A model generated the notes under the pieces. That model saw nothing but the letters and a program-made list of their open reading frames with translations. It was not told where the DNA came from and ran no database searches. The position numbers were made by a program, and so were the translations under genes. A stretch of 63,170 bases of DNA, counting the filler, from Myxococcota bacterium (GTDB taxonomy: Bacteria; Myxococcota; Myxococcia; Myxococcales; Myxococcaceae), in the NCBI GenBank assembly GCA_049322255.1. It is 3 parts of 3 records of this genome, joined end to end, with 100 filler letters (N's around TTAATTAATTAA, not from the genome) between each part and the next. Parts side by side here need not be neighbours in the genome. Positions count along the whole stretch, not along the records: positions 1 to 30,250 come from JBMORE010000040.1; 2 more parts are not named here. One strand, given 5' to 3'. Below, piece by piece: positions 9,056 to 23,825 of this stretch (position 1 is the stretch's first letter; every line of letters begins with the position of its first letter).

Positions 9056-9622
9056 TCAAGGGTACTCCGTCATCAGCGAGATGATGCGCTGGCGCAGCTC
9101 CTTGCACGGCATGCCGCAACTGCAGTCGGTGGGCTCGCCATCATCAAGGCGCACCGTTACCGCGAACAACCGGTTCCAGTGGTGACGCGGCACGTTCATC
9201 AGCACTTCGCGCGCGCGGCGGTACGCGACGACTTGTCGCTCCTGGGTCGTGTTCTTGGTGCGAAAGCACAGGCCGTCGATGTAGTGGTCGGTGAACTCCT
9301 TCCCGTCGCATTGAAGGCTCGCCACCTTTTGCCATGCTGCACGTTCTGCTTTTTCCGCCGCAGCCCGTCGCGCCCGCAGGGCAGCTTCATCGATATATGG
9401 CGCGAGGGTCACCGTCGTTCTGAAGCTCCGCATCTCGGTTTGGTGTGACTCTGCGCTGGGCACCAAGACTTTCGCCTCGATGTCCAGCTGAATGCTGGAC
9501 TGGTCGCGCGTCACCCGAACGTCCATCCCTGCGACCTTGCGCAGCTCGTTCTCGAACGCAACGACATCGGATGATGCGAGCACCGCCAGCACTGCTCCCC
9601 TGGCTACAACCCACGTGACCAT
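9056..9622 (-). CDS. Hypothetical exported protein
   Basis: Hydrophobic N-terminus, several Cys; start could be 9670. Confidence 0.55.
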   Translation of the reverse strand: MVTWVVARGAVLAVLASSDVVAFENELRKVAGMDVRVTRDQSSIQLDIEAKVLVPSAESHQTEMRSFRTTVTLAPYIDEAALRARRAAAEKAERAAWQKVASLQCDGKEFTDHYIDGLCFRTKNTTQERQVVAYRRAREVLMNVPRHHWNRLFAVTVRLDDGEPTDCSCGMPCKELRQRIISLMTEYP

Positions 9623-9745
9623 CGGATTCGTATATCGCGTCCCGGCCTCAAGGGTCGCCAACATGGACAAGGCGAGGATTCGCGCGACAACGATGTTGCG
9701 AGAGAATCTTGGGCAGGCGCGCCCATGCCTTAGACCAGAACGCGC

Positions 9746-10045
9746 TTACCCAGCGTCGAATCCGCCATCCGTTGTATCCGCGGCGTCGGAAGTTCCTCCG
9801 TCGGTTCTTCCCCCGTCTGCGCACTCCGTGGCCGGAAACGAGGGGGGCGAACAATTAACGCACCCAGAACAAATAAAGCACTCAAAGGTAGTGGTCGGCC
9901 TCGGGCCGCAATCGGTAACGCACTCCACCAAACTCCGGCAAGGATCCGGGCCACCGATACCAAACGGGGCACAGTTACTTCCCATCAAGGTTCCTGCAAG
10001 GAGCACGGCGATCACGCTCCAAGCTACGGACTGAAGCAGACGCAT
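9746..10045 (-). CDS. Small Cys-rich secreted/lipoprotein with DGG-rich tail
   Basis: Signal peptide ending GSN-C, 8 Cys, tail DGGRTDGGTSDAADTTDGGFDAG. Confidence 0.6.
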   Translation of the reverse strand: MRLLQSVAWSVIAVLLAGTLMGSNCAPFGIGGPDPCRSLVECVTDCGPRPTTTFECFICSGCVNCSPPSFPATECADGGRTDGGTSDAADTTDGGFDAG

Positions 10046-10228
10046 GTGTGGTCCTCTTCCTGGTGGCGCCCGTGATTAGCAAGCTGCATGCCCATGCGCA
10101 TCCATTGTCAATCGCGGGGCTTGGTAGCTTGCGGGAGCGTCAACCACGACAACGATGTCGCAAGAAAATCTTGGGAACGCGCACTGTGTCTTGCGACGCA
10201 GTTAAGGCTCTGGATGTTTGGAGCGCCC

Positions 10229-10603
10229 TCAGCGCGGTGCTCCCTGCGTTCCTCGCGGGCCTGGAGACACCGCCGGCCGGGCGAGCTCGGGTTGCTCGTA
10301 GGCGGAGACGTTGGTGAAGGGGGGCCGGGTAGCCACGTCGGCCACGGTCAGCCCGACGAGAAGCGCCACGAAGAGCACCGCCACCACGAAGTAGGCGCGG
10401 TTGGTGGGCCCGTGCTCCTTGAGGTGCATGAAGAAGAGCACCACCAGCGCGCTCTTGAACGAAGCGATGGCGAGCGCCAGTAGGAGGTTCCAGTCGCCGA
10501 CGTCGACGTGTGCAACGCCGTAGGTGGCGCCGGTGAGCACGACCAGCGCTCCCCACACCACGGAGTAGGTGAGGAAGTGCGAAGGGTGGGCGCGCGCGGT
10601 CAT
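10229..10603 (-). CDS. coxD: Cytochrome c oxidase subunit IV
   Basis: LVVLTGAT, IASFKSALVVLFFMHLK motif; follows subunit III. Confidence 0.85.
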   Translation of the reverse strand: MTARAHPSHFLTYSVVWGALVVLTGATYGVAHVDVGDWNLLLALAIASFKSALVVLFFMHLKEHGPTNRAYFVVAVLFVALLVGLTVADVATRPPFTNVSAYEQPELARPAVSPGPRGTQGAPR

Positions 10604-10613
10604 CGGTCCTCCC

Positions 10614-11238
10614 TCAGACGAGATAGAGCAACGGGTAGAGGAAAATCCACACCAGGTCCACCAGGTGCCAGTACATGCCGCCCAGCTCCACCGGGGTGTG
10701 GTAGCGGGCGCTGAAGTGCCCCCGAAAGGCGCGCACCGACAGCCAGCAGAGAGCTCCCAAGCCAATGAGCACGTGAATGCCGTGTAGCCCGGTGAGCATG
10801 AAGTAGAGGGTGAAGAACATGCTCGCGCCGGGAAGCGCGAAGCCCTCCAGCTGGAAGTAGCGCCCGGGGAGCGCTCCGGAGTGGAAGTGGTGCGCGTACT
10901 CGAAGCCCTTGATGACCAAAAAGCACAGGCCCAGGGCAATGGAGGCACCCAAGAAGAGGGCGACCAGCTTGCCGTGGGCGCGCCGCGCCATCTCCACCCC
11001 GCAGGCCACGGTGAAGCTGGAGGTGATGAGCACCAAGGTATTCACCGTGCCCAAGGTGACATCGAGGTGCCCGGCGCCCGCCTCGAAGGTCTGCGGATAG
11101 AGGTAGCGATAGGTGGCGTAGCCGGTGAACAGCCCGGCGAAGAGCAAGACCTCGCTGGCCAAAAAGAGCCACATGCCCAAGCGGGCGGCGCGGCGCTCCT
11201 CGGAGGCGGTGGCGAAGTGGCCGTGGTGGCCGGTGGCT

Positions 11239-11249
<11 letters not shown>
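10614..11249 (-). CDS. coxC: Cytochrome c oxidase subunit III
   Basis: GMWLFLASE, LTGLHGIHV, YWHLVDLVW. Confidence 0.92.
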
Positions 11250-12860
<1,611 letters not shown>

Positions 12861-12864
<4 letters not shown>

Positions 12865-13880
12865 GGCGTTCTCCCTTTTTGCCCACGCAGGCTCTTGATG
12901 AGCTCCACCAGGGCCGCGGCGTCACCGACGTCGAGCCGCCCCTGAAAGCTGGGCATCACCGCCGCGAAGCCGGCCACCTGGTCGGCCAGCGGGTCCATCA
13001 TCGAGCGGGTGAGGTACGCCTCGTCGGCCACTACCACCTCGCCCGAGGCGAGCTTCACCTCTTGGCGGTAGAGGCCGAGCCAGCTGGGGCCGATGTGCGG
13101 CTCGCCGTCGGTGGTGTGGCACTTGAAACAACCCTGCGCGACCGCCACCCGCTGCCCTTGCGCCGCCAAGCTGGTGCTGTCCTGCGCTTCCTTTGGTGAC
13201 ACCGGCTCGGCGTCGACGCGCTGGGAGTAGGTGTCCTCACGCTGCTGCGCCCTCCACTGGTCGAAGGCGCCTGGCTCCATCACCACCACCTCGCCGCGCA
13301 TCAGCGAGTGGTCGAGGCCGCAATACTCGGCGCACAGCACCTCGTAGGAGCCAGGCCGGGTGGCGGTGAACCACACTTCGGTGTAGCGCCCGGGGAGCGC
13401 GTCTTTCTTCACCCGAAACTCGGGTACGTAGAAGGAGTGGATGACGTCGCGCGACGTGAGCAGCAGCCGTACCGGCCGCCCCGCAGGCACCCGCAACACG
13501 TCGATGGCATTGGGCCCTTCGGGGTAGCTGAACTGCCACATCCACTGCTTGCCCACCACGTAGACGTCCATCGCGTCCTTGGGCGGCTGTTGCAGCCACA
13601 CGAAGTCGCGATAGCCGATGCCGAACCAGGCGAGGAAGAAGGCCAGCGGCACCGCCACGAAGAGGGTCTCCACCCACCAGCGCGGGCGAACGAAGGCCGT
13701 CTGTTGCAGTTCGGTGCGCCGGCGGTAGCGCACGAAGAAGTAGAGCGCGGTCAACCCCACCACGGTCGAGGCCACCAGGGTGGTGATGATGACGAAGTAG
13801 TGCAGCCCGTCGACGCGGTCGGCGAAGGTCGACGCGCGCTCGGGCAAGAACAACGCCTTGCGAAGCACCTCACCGTCCAC
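12861..13880 (-). CDS. coxB: Cytochrome c oxidase subunit II with fused cytochrome c (caa3 type)
   Basis: CuA ligands DVIHSF and CAEYCGLDHSLM; C-terminal CFKCH heme motif; GTG start with GGAG SD. Confidence 0.93.
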
Positions 13881-14709
13881 GCCCGTCTCCTTTGATTTCG
13901 CGCCGCCACAGCACCGCCAAAAGCCCACTCAAGGCGAACAAAAACACCAGCGCGCCGATGCGGAAGAAGCCCTTCACGTACGGCTCGTAGCGTCGTGTCG
14001 CGGGGTCGTAGCGAAAACAGGTGAGCAGCACCCGATCGAGCGAGGTGCCCACCTTGCCGCCCGCCGCTTCCACCAGCGCCCACCGCAGCTCGCGCGGCGG
14101 GTAGCGCACGCCGTACACGTAGCGGGAGATGCGACCCTGCGGAGTGAGCAGCACCAGCACCGCCGCGTGCGCGTACAGCTTGGCCTCCTCGTCGTAGGCG
14201 TAGCGAAACCCCACCGCCTCGGCCACCGCGCGAATCTCTTCCGCCGGGCCGGTGAGGAACGACCAGGCTTCCTCCTGCCCGCCCAGCGCCGCCATCGCCT
14301 CCTTCTTCTTCGCCGCCGCCTCGCGCGGGCCCTCGGTGGGGTCGATGGAGAGGGCGATGACCGAGTAGTCCTCGCCTAAGCGCATCCCTGTCTGCCGCAG
14401 CGAGCCCACCAGCCCGTCGAGCACCAGCCCGCACAAGGTGGGGCAGCGGTAGTAGACGAGGGCGAGCACCGTCGGGCGCCCTTCGGCAAAAAGCTCGCGC
14501 AGCGCCACGGCTCGTCCAGTGGAGTCGGTGAAGGTGGCGTCGAGCGGCAGGCGCTCGTGCAGGCGTTCGACCACGCCGACGTCGGCGAGGCTGGGCTGCG
14601 CGAGGGCGGAGGAAGAGAGGAGATAGGTGAGGGTGGGGAGGAGAAGGAGACCCCTCACCCTGACCCTCTCCCAGAGGGAGAGGGATTTTCGCGGGAACCG
14701 ATTCGTCAC
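13870..14709 (-). CDS. SCO family copper chaperone
   Basis: YYRCPTLC (CxxxC), SIDP, YAH; GTG start overlaps the actG stop. Confidence 0.88.
   Translation of the reverse strand: MTNRFPRKSLSLWERVRVRGLLLLPTLTYLLSSSALAQPSLADVGVVERLHERLPLDATFTDSTGRAVALRELFAEGRPTVLALVYYRCPTLCGLVLDGLVGSLRQTGMRLGEDYSVIALSIDPTEGPREAAAKKKEAMAALGGQEEAWSFLTGPAEEIRAVAEAVGFRYAYDEEAKLYAHAAVLVLLTPQGRISRYVYGVRYPPRELRWALVEAAGGKVGTSLDRVLLTCFRYDPATRRYEPYVKGFFRIGALVFLFALSGLLAVLWRREIKGDGRGR
14651..14685 (+). repeat. 35-bp BoxC/REP-like palindromic element, copy 1
   Basis: CCCCTCACCCTGACCCTCTCCCAGAGGGAGAGGGA; exact reverse complement of 37818-37852. Confidence 0.85.
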
Positions 14710-15080
14710 CGCTTTCCCTCCACCACCCACTGCATCGCCAGCTCGATGGGAACGTGAATGAGGCCCTTGTTTCGGTCCACCCAGCCGTAGCTGGAGAGGC
14801 GCTCACGCTTCCTTTCGCCCAGCGCCTCGGCGGTGCGCTCCTGCTCGAAGAGCCGTTGATCGACGATGCCCACCTCGTGCGTGCGAGCTCCCAGCGGTAG
14901 CCGCGCCTCGCGCGAAGGCACCAGCGAACCGGTGGGGACGTAGAGAATCCACGCCGCCCACGCCACTCCGGCGGCGAACACCACGAGCGACACCACGCCC
15001 AACAGCGCCATTCGCCCCCACGGCAGCCGCTCGGGCTCAGCCGGCAAGGTCAACGGCTCGCGCTCTGTCTCTGTGCTCAT
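14706..15080 (-). CDS. actG: Alternative complex III subunit G
   Basis: Single TM plus RERLSSYGWVD..G..HVPIELAM motif; position after actF. Confidence 0.75.
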   Translation of the reverse strand: MSTETEREPLTLPAEPERLPWGRMALLGVVSLVVFAAGVAWAAWILYVPTGSLVPSREARLPLGARTHEVGIVDQRLFEQERTAEALGERKRERLSSYGWVDRNKGLIHVPIELAMQWVVEGKR

Positions 15081-16261
15081 GAGGGGCGGTACCTCAATGA
15101 CTCTTCGAGGAAGGGGTCTCCCACCGGCACCGCGTAGGCGCCGCGCAGCCGCCAGATGCCGAAGGCGACGGTGAGCGCGCCCACGCCCACGAAGGCGGTG
15201 AAGTCGCTCCACGCCGGCGAGGCGACTGGGCCGCGCAGGGTGGGCATCACCAGCCAGTAGAGGTCGAGGTAGTGCGCCCAAAGGAGCCATCCCGCCGCCA
15301 ACCCCAAGAGCGCCGGCCGTACCTTGAGCTTGGCTGAGAGGAGCGCGAGGAAAGGCAGCACGAAGTGCCCCAGCCCCAAGGCGACGGCCACCAGCTGCCA
15401 CCCCCCGGTCGTGCGCTCCAGGTACCAGGGCACCTCCTCGGGGAGGTTGGCAATCCACATCAAGAGGAATTGCGAGTAGGCGACGTAGGCCCAGAAGGCG
15501 ACGAAGGCGAGGAGGAATTTCCCCAGCGAGTGCAGGTGCGCGCTCGTCACCTGCGCGCCCGGCAACGGCGCCGTTCGCCCCAGGACCACCACCAGCGCCA
15601 GGAGCGCGAACACCGCCAGCACCGAGCCGGCGAAGTAGTAGACGCCGAAGAGGGTGGAGTACCACTCGGGACGTAAGGACATCAGCCAGTCGAAGGCGGC
15701 GAAGGTGAGAGTGACCGCCAGCACCGGCAGCGCCCCCGCCCCCAAGCGGTGCTGCTTGGCGGTCAGCCAGAAGTCTCCCGGGGCCCGGTCCTGCTGGCGC
15801 GACCAGCGGGAGAGCGCCCACCCCACGCCGACCCACACCGCGAAGTACACCGCCGCGCGCACGAGGAAGAAGGGCACGTTGAGCCACGGGCGCTTGAGCT
15901 CGAGGAGGCGCAAGGTGTGCTCGCCCAACTCTGGCGGCGGCGCCACCCAGATGTAGAGCTCCTTCATCCCCAAGGCGATGGGCAGAAAAAGCGGCACCAT
16001 CAGCGCGCAGGATTCGGCCATCGTCTCCAAGGGGCGGCGCAGCACCACCATCCACCGGCCCCGCGAGGCATGGAAGATGGAGAGGAGAATCAAGGCTGCC
16101 ACCGCGACCCCCGCCCAGTAGACGAAGGCCACCAGGTACGACGGCAGCACCTTCCGGGGGCTGAAGGCGAAGCCAATCGAGGTCACGAGCAGCCCGGCCA
16201 CCCCAGCGGCGGAAAAGCCCCACAGCGGGCGCCGGCCTCCCTGGAAGGTTTCCGGTGTCAT
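15077..16261 (-). CDS. actF: Alternative complex III subunit F
   Basis: Multi-TM protein; FDWLMSL.PEWYSTLFG, YSQFLLMWIANLPEE. Confidence 0.88.
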   Translation of the reverse strand: MTPETFQGGRRPLWGFSAAGVAGLLVTSIGFAFSPRKVLPSYLVAFVYWAGVAVAALILLSIFHASRGRWMVVLRRPLETMAESCALMVPLFLPIALGMKELYIWVAPPPELGEHTLRLLELKRPWLNVPFFLVRAAVYFAVWVGVGWALSRWSRQQDRAPGDFWLTAKQHRLGAGALPVLAVTLTFAAFDWLMSLRPEWYSTLFGVYYFAGSVLAVFALLALVVVLGRTAPLPGAQVTSAHLHSLGKFLLAFVAFWAYVAYSQFLLMWIANLPEEVPWYLERTTGGWQLVAVALGLGHFVLPFLALLSAKLKVRPALLGLAAGWLLWAHYLDLYWLVMPTLRGPVASPAWSDFTAFVGVGALTVAFGIWRLRGAYAVPVGDPFLEESLRYRPS

Positions 16262-16842
16262 CGAGCGGACTCCAACTTCTGCCGCACCTGGATGGGAGCC
16301 ATCGCCAGCGGCGCCGCCTGCGACAGCTGCAAGGCACGCACGTAGGCCACCACCGCCCAGCGCTCCTCCACCGAAAGCCGATCGAAGCGCGGCATCAGCC
16401 CGTAGCCCGAGGAGATGACGCGGAAGAAATGCCCATCGGGCCGCTCGCGCAAAGACAACAGGGAGGGCGGGGGCCGTAGCGCCATGTTTTTTCCCACCAG
16501 GCTCTCTCCGTCGCCCAAAACTCCGTGGCAGGTGGCGCAGATGACGTCGAAGCGCAGGCGGCCGAGCGCCAGCAACTCCGGTGTCACCATGAGGGGAATG
16601 GTGGTGACAGCTTCGCCGCCGTCGACTTGCCCGGTCATCACCGGGCCAGGCGCCAAGAACGCCTCGCGCGCCACCGTGCCTGCCGGAGGGATGCGCATCG
16701 CTCCTTGGTCCGCGTAGAAGGCGCTCGGCTGGTACGCGTTGATTTTGGGTTGGGACAGCATGCGCTGCAGCGCCTGATTGCCGCAGTCGGCGCAGCTGGA
16801 GAACGAAAGCAACACGCCCCAAAGCAACGCCCGGGAATTCAC
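16258..16842 (-). CDS. actE: Alternative complex III subunit E (monoheme cytochrome c lipoprotein)
   Basis: M..QPK, MR.PPAGTVAR, CATCHG, GYGLMP. Confidence 0.88.
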   Translation of the reverse strand: MNSRALLWGVLLSFSSCADCGNQALQRMLSQPKINAYQPSAFYADQGAMRIPPAGTVAREAFLAPGPVMTGQVDGGEAVTTIPLMVTPELLALGRLRFDVICATCHGVLGDGESLVGKNMALRPPPSLLSLRERPDGHFFRVISSGYGLMPRFDRLSVEERWAVVAYVRALQLSQAAPLAMAPIQVRQKLESAR

Positions 16843-17372
16843 GGCCGCTCCTCCGGCACCACCTCCACCGGCTGCGCTCCCATGAGACGCAGGCGCTGCG
16901 CCACCTCCTCCGCGGCCCCCTCCTTCGCCACCAAGACGCTCACCCAGAAGCGGTCGAGGGAAGCGGAGCGAAACGCCTCGACCTCGAAGACAGGGTGGTG
17001 CGGCCTGGGCAACCGCCAGAGCAAGAGCAGCCCCAAGACGATGGCCGCCGAGGCGAAGAGCACCATCAGCTCGAAGCCGATGGGCACGAAGGCCAACCCG
17101 GCATGGGCCGGCCGCCCCCCCACGCGTAAAGGGTAGGCGACGGCGGCGGTGTAGTACTGAAAGCCGTACGCAGTGAGGGCTCCGGCCAAGCCTCCGAGGA
17201 AGGCGAGGCGCGGCACCACCGAACGGGACAAGCCGAGCGCTACGTCCAAGCCCTCCACCGGATAGGGGGTGTGCGCATCGAGCTTTCCCACCTGGGCGGC
17301 ACGAAGCTCGGCGGCCGCGCGCAAGAGGCGCTCGGGCGAGGCGAAGGCTCCCAGCACCAGCGCGCCCATCAC
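16839..17372 (-). CDS. actD: Alternative complex III subunit D (DUF3341)
   Basis: [26 protein letters not shown]. Confidence 0.88.
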   Translation of the reverse strand: MMGALVLGAFASPERLLRAAAELRAAQVGKLDAHTPYPVEGLDVALGLSRSVVPRLAFLGGLAGALTAYGFQYYTAAVAYPLRVGGRPAHAGLAFVPIGFELMVLFASAAIVLGLLLLWRLPRPHHPVFEVEAFRSASLDRFWVSVLVAKEGAAEEVAQRLRLMGAQPVEVVPEERP

Positions 17373-18738
17373 GCCGCCTCCTCGCGGTGGATGAGCTCAC
17401 GGCGCAGCTCCTTCACCTCGCTCACCGCCACCGGAGGCACGAAGCGCAAGAAGAGGAGGAAGAGGGTACCGAAGAAGCACAAGGTTCCCACGAAGAGGGA
17501 GATGTCCACCCAGGTGGGGAAGTACATCGCCCAGCTGGAAGGCAAGAAGTCGCGGTGCAGCGAGGTCACCACGATGATGAAGCGCTCGGCCCACATGCCG
17601 ACGTTCACCAAGAGCGCGGCGACCCACATCATCCACGGAGTGGTGCGCGCCTTCTGCGACCAGAACACCTGGGGGACGACGACGTTGCAAAAGAGCATCG
17701 TCCAATACACCGCCGAGTAGGGGCCGTTGGCGCGGTTGGCGAAGACGAACCGCTCGTAGGGGTTGCCGCTGTACCAGGCGACGAAGTGCTCGGTGAGGTA
17801 GCCGTAGGCCACCATCCAGCCGGTGGCCAAGAGCACCTTGTTCATCGTGTCCAGGTGGCGAAGGGTGACCACGTGGGAAAGCCCCAAGAACCGTCGCGCG
17901 GGCACGAGCAGCGTCACCACCATCGCGAAGCCGGAGAACACCGCCCCGGCGACGAAGTAGGGCGGAAAGACGGTGGTGTGCCAGCCGGGGAGCACCGAGA
18001 CGGCGAAGTCGAAGCTGATGATGCTGTGCACCGAGAGCACCAGCGGGGTGGAGAGCCCGGCGAGCAGGAGGTAGCCCACCTTCCAGTGCCGCCAATGCCG
18101 CGCCGAGCCGCGCCAACCCAAGGCGAAGATGCCGTAGACGATGCGTTTGGCCTTGCTGGAGGCGGTGTCGCGCAGCGCCGCCAAGTCGGGAACCAGCCCC
18201 ACGTACCAAAACAAAAGCGACACGGTGAAGTAGGTGCCGATGGCGAAGAGGTCCCACACCAGTGGGCTTTTGTACTGAGGCCATATTCCCATCGTGCTCG
18301 GGTAGGGGAAGAGCCAGTAGGCAAACCACGGCCGCCCTAGATGCAACACGGGGAACATCGCCGCGCACATCACCGCGAAGAGAGTCATCGCCTCGGCGAA
18401 GCGGTTGATGGAGGTGCGCCACTTCTGCTGGAAGAGCAAGAGGATGGCGCTGATCAGCGTGCCGGCGTGGCCAATCCCAATCCACCAGACCAGGTTGATG
18501 ATGCCAAACCCCCACGCCACAGGGATGTTGTTGCCCCAGGCTCCGATGCCCACCGCCAGCGTGTAGACGATGGCCACGGCCAAAAGCCCGGTGCCGGCAA
18601 GCCCGATGAGAAAGAGCACCCACCACCCGCGGCGGGTCGGCTCCAGCACCGGCGCCAAGAGCGACGCATGGAGCGAGCGGTCGTCCTGCTTGCCCTCGAT
18701 GAGGGGAAGACCCTCCAGGCGCGACGCGGCGGTGCCGT

Positions 18739-18742
<4 letters not shown>
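17369..18742 (-). CDS. actC: Alternative complex III subunit C (NrfD/PsrC family)
   Basis: [40 protein letters not shown]. Confidence 0.93.
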
Positions 18743-21716
<2,974 letters not shown>

Positions 21717-21720
<4 letters not shown>

Positions 21721-22346
21721 CGGTGACAGGTGGTGCAGCTGTCGCGGGTGCGCACGTCATGAGTGGAAAGCAGGCCCTCGCGCGGTTGCCATGCCATCTG
21801 GGTGATTTGGTCCAGCGGGCGCAGGTGCGCAGAGGGGTTGCGGTGACACTCCAGGCACCACTGCATGGTGAGCGGCGCAGTCTTTTGCACCACCGCCATC
21901 TGGTCGACCCGCCCGTGGCAGCTTGCGCACCCCACGCCTTTGGCCAGGTGAATCGAGTGGTCGAAGTAGACGAAGTCCGGCACGAGGTGCACCCGGTTCC
22001 ACCGCAGCGGCGTCTGGGTGAAGTAGGCCTGGCGCACCAAGGCGAGCTTGGGGCTCTTGTTCCACACCTGTGCATGGCAACCCATGCATGTGCCGGTGTC
22101 GGGGATGCCCGCGAACGCCGAGGTCTCCGCCGAGAAGTGGCAGTAGCGGCAGTCGATACCCACGTCGCTGGTGTGGTGCCGGTGGTCGAACTGCACCGGC
22201 TGGTCCACCAGCACTCCGGTCCGGGTGATGAGAGGGCTGCGCACGTAGAGCATGAGGGCGGCGATGGCCGCCGCCGGCGTGGCTAAAGCCATGACGAGGA
22301 CCAACCGAAAGAACGTGTTGGTCCAGCGGGGGAAGAGGGGGCCCAT
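21717..22346 (-). CDS. actA: Alternative complex III subunit A (pentaheme cytochrome c)
   Basis: N-terminal TM and five CxxCH motifs (CRYCH, CMGCH, CASCH, CLECH, CTTCH). Confidence 0.92.
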
Positions 22347-22626
22347 ACTCTCGACGAGCCCGAAAGCTACGGGGCCCCGCGCGCGCGGCAATGGGCCTGC
22401 ATGGTTTGGGCGCCCACCTGTCCTCTGGTCGTCGTCCTCGAGAACGATTCCGTTCGATTTGCTTCAGTCGCAGTGTCGGCGCGCCAACGCTGGGGGTGAC
22501 GGCGACCCACCGGCGGCCAAAGACCCGTGCCCGCCGAAGCCAACTCCTCGGGAAGACAAAGCTCCGCCGCGGGAACACCCCTTGCTTTCCTCGCCCAGTG
22601 ACGAAAACGACCCACCAGGAGCCCTC

Positions 22627-22989
22627 ATGAAACGCCAACCGACGGTTCTCATCAGCGACGACGACCCAATGATTCTCGGCTCACTTGCGCGCCAAGCGCT
22701 GCGGCACGGGCTCGCAGTCATTCGCGACAGCGATTCGAGGGCGCCCACACTGGCCAAGCTCTTGCCCGACGTCATCCTCCTCGACCTTTTCCAGGGCTCA
22801 GACGGCAAGGAGCTGCTCTGTGGGCTCAAAAGCGACCCCGACACCCGGCACATCCCCGTCATCGTCATGACCGGCCTCGACGACGACACCACGAGCCGCG
22901 AGTGCTTCGAGCTGGGGGCGGAGGCGGTGGTGCCCAAACCCTTTCCCCCGTCTTTCATGTCGATGGTCGCCCAGATGGCGGCCCGTTAG
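22627..22989 (+). CDS. Single-domain response regulator (REC)
   Basis: LISDDD, DVILLD, VMTG, VPKP; divergent from actA. Confidence 0.85.
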   Translation: MKRQPTVLISDDDPMILGSLARQALRHGLAVIRDSDSRAPTLAKLLPDVILLDLFQGSDGKELLCGLKSDPDTRHIPVIVMTGLDDDTTSRECFELGAEAVVPKPFPPSFMSMVAQMAAR

Positions 22990-23002
22990 GCCCCAAACCC
23001 CT

Positions 23003-23124
23003 GAAGAAAAGGAGGTGAAAAAACCACACCGACAACGAGACATGGACCGTGGTGGCGACTTCCTTCCCCCCCGGTGGTCGCCACACGGCGCGGAGCCGGC
23101 GCAAAGAGCCGGCTCCGTGTTTTT
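23003..23124 (+). ncRNA. Putative small RNA, Pxr-like
   Basis: 5' AAGGAGGTGA, stem-loop 23047-23088 with C-rich loop TTCCTTCCCCCCC, terminal hairpin plus T run; architecture resembles myxobacterial Pxr as recalled; 5' end approximate. Confidence 0.6.
23090..23124 (+). terminator. Intrinsic terminator
   Basis: GCGGAGCCGGC-loop-GCCGGCTCCGT followed by TTTTT. Confidence 0.75.
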
Positions 23125-23176
23125 CCATGGCCGGCGCCACCCGACGCTCGATTGCGCATAGGCTGCGCCCCGACGC

Positions 23177-23821
23177 GTGGCCTTCTGGAACAAAAAACCC
23201 GAGCCCTACAACCGCACGCGCATTCTCGACGCGGCGGAGAAGGCGCGCAGCAAGGGCAGCCGCAAGAAAGCCATCGCCTTGTACCAGGAGATTCTCGCCA
23301 AGGACCCGAACGATGCCCAGGTGAACGCGCGCATCGCACCGCTGCTACACCGGGTAGGCAAGACGGAGGACGCCGAGAAGGCGTTCGGGCTCGCCGCTCA
23401 ATCGTTCGTGGACAAGGGATTCATCGACAAGGCGCTGGCGGTGTACGCGCAAGCGGTGGAGCTCTTCCCTCTCGACCCTCGCTTGTGGAAACGCGTGGGC
23501 GAGCTGACCATGGAGCGCGGCCGCAAAGCCGACGCGGTGAAGGCGCTGATGCAAGGAGCGCAGCAACTGACACGCAAGAAACCCTCGCGGGAAGCAGCGC
23601 TGTTGTTGCTCGAGCAGGCGGTGGGCTACGACCCGTTCCACCTCGAGGCCACCTTCGCTCTGGGGCGGTTACTCAAGCGACTGGGCCGCAAAGACGAGGG
23701 GATGCAGCGGCTGGAGGCCCTGCAAGCGAGCCTCGCCGGGCCGGCGCGCCGACGGGTACGCCGCGCGCAGTTCTATCTCTCCCCCGGGTTTGGCACGCTG
23801 TGGCGCTGGCTTTGGGCCTGA
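23177..23821 (+). CDS. TPR-repeat protein
   Basis: Tandem TPR-like helices (KAIALYQEILAKDPND; KALAVYAQAVELFPLD; LLEQAVGYDPFH). Confidence 0.8.
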   Translation: MAFWNKKPEPYNRTRILDAAEKARSKGSRKKAIALYQEILAKDPNDAQVNARIAPLLHRVGKTEDAEKAFGLAAQSFVDKGFIDKALAVYAQAVELFPLDPRLWKRVGELTMERGRKADAVKALMQGAQQLTRKKPSREAALLLLEQAVGYDPFHLEATFALGRLLKRLGRKDEGMQRLEALQASLAGPARRRVRRAQFYLSPGFGTLWRWLWA

Positions 23822-23825
23822 AGTG

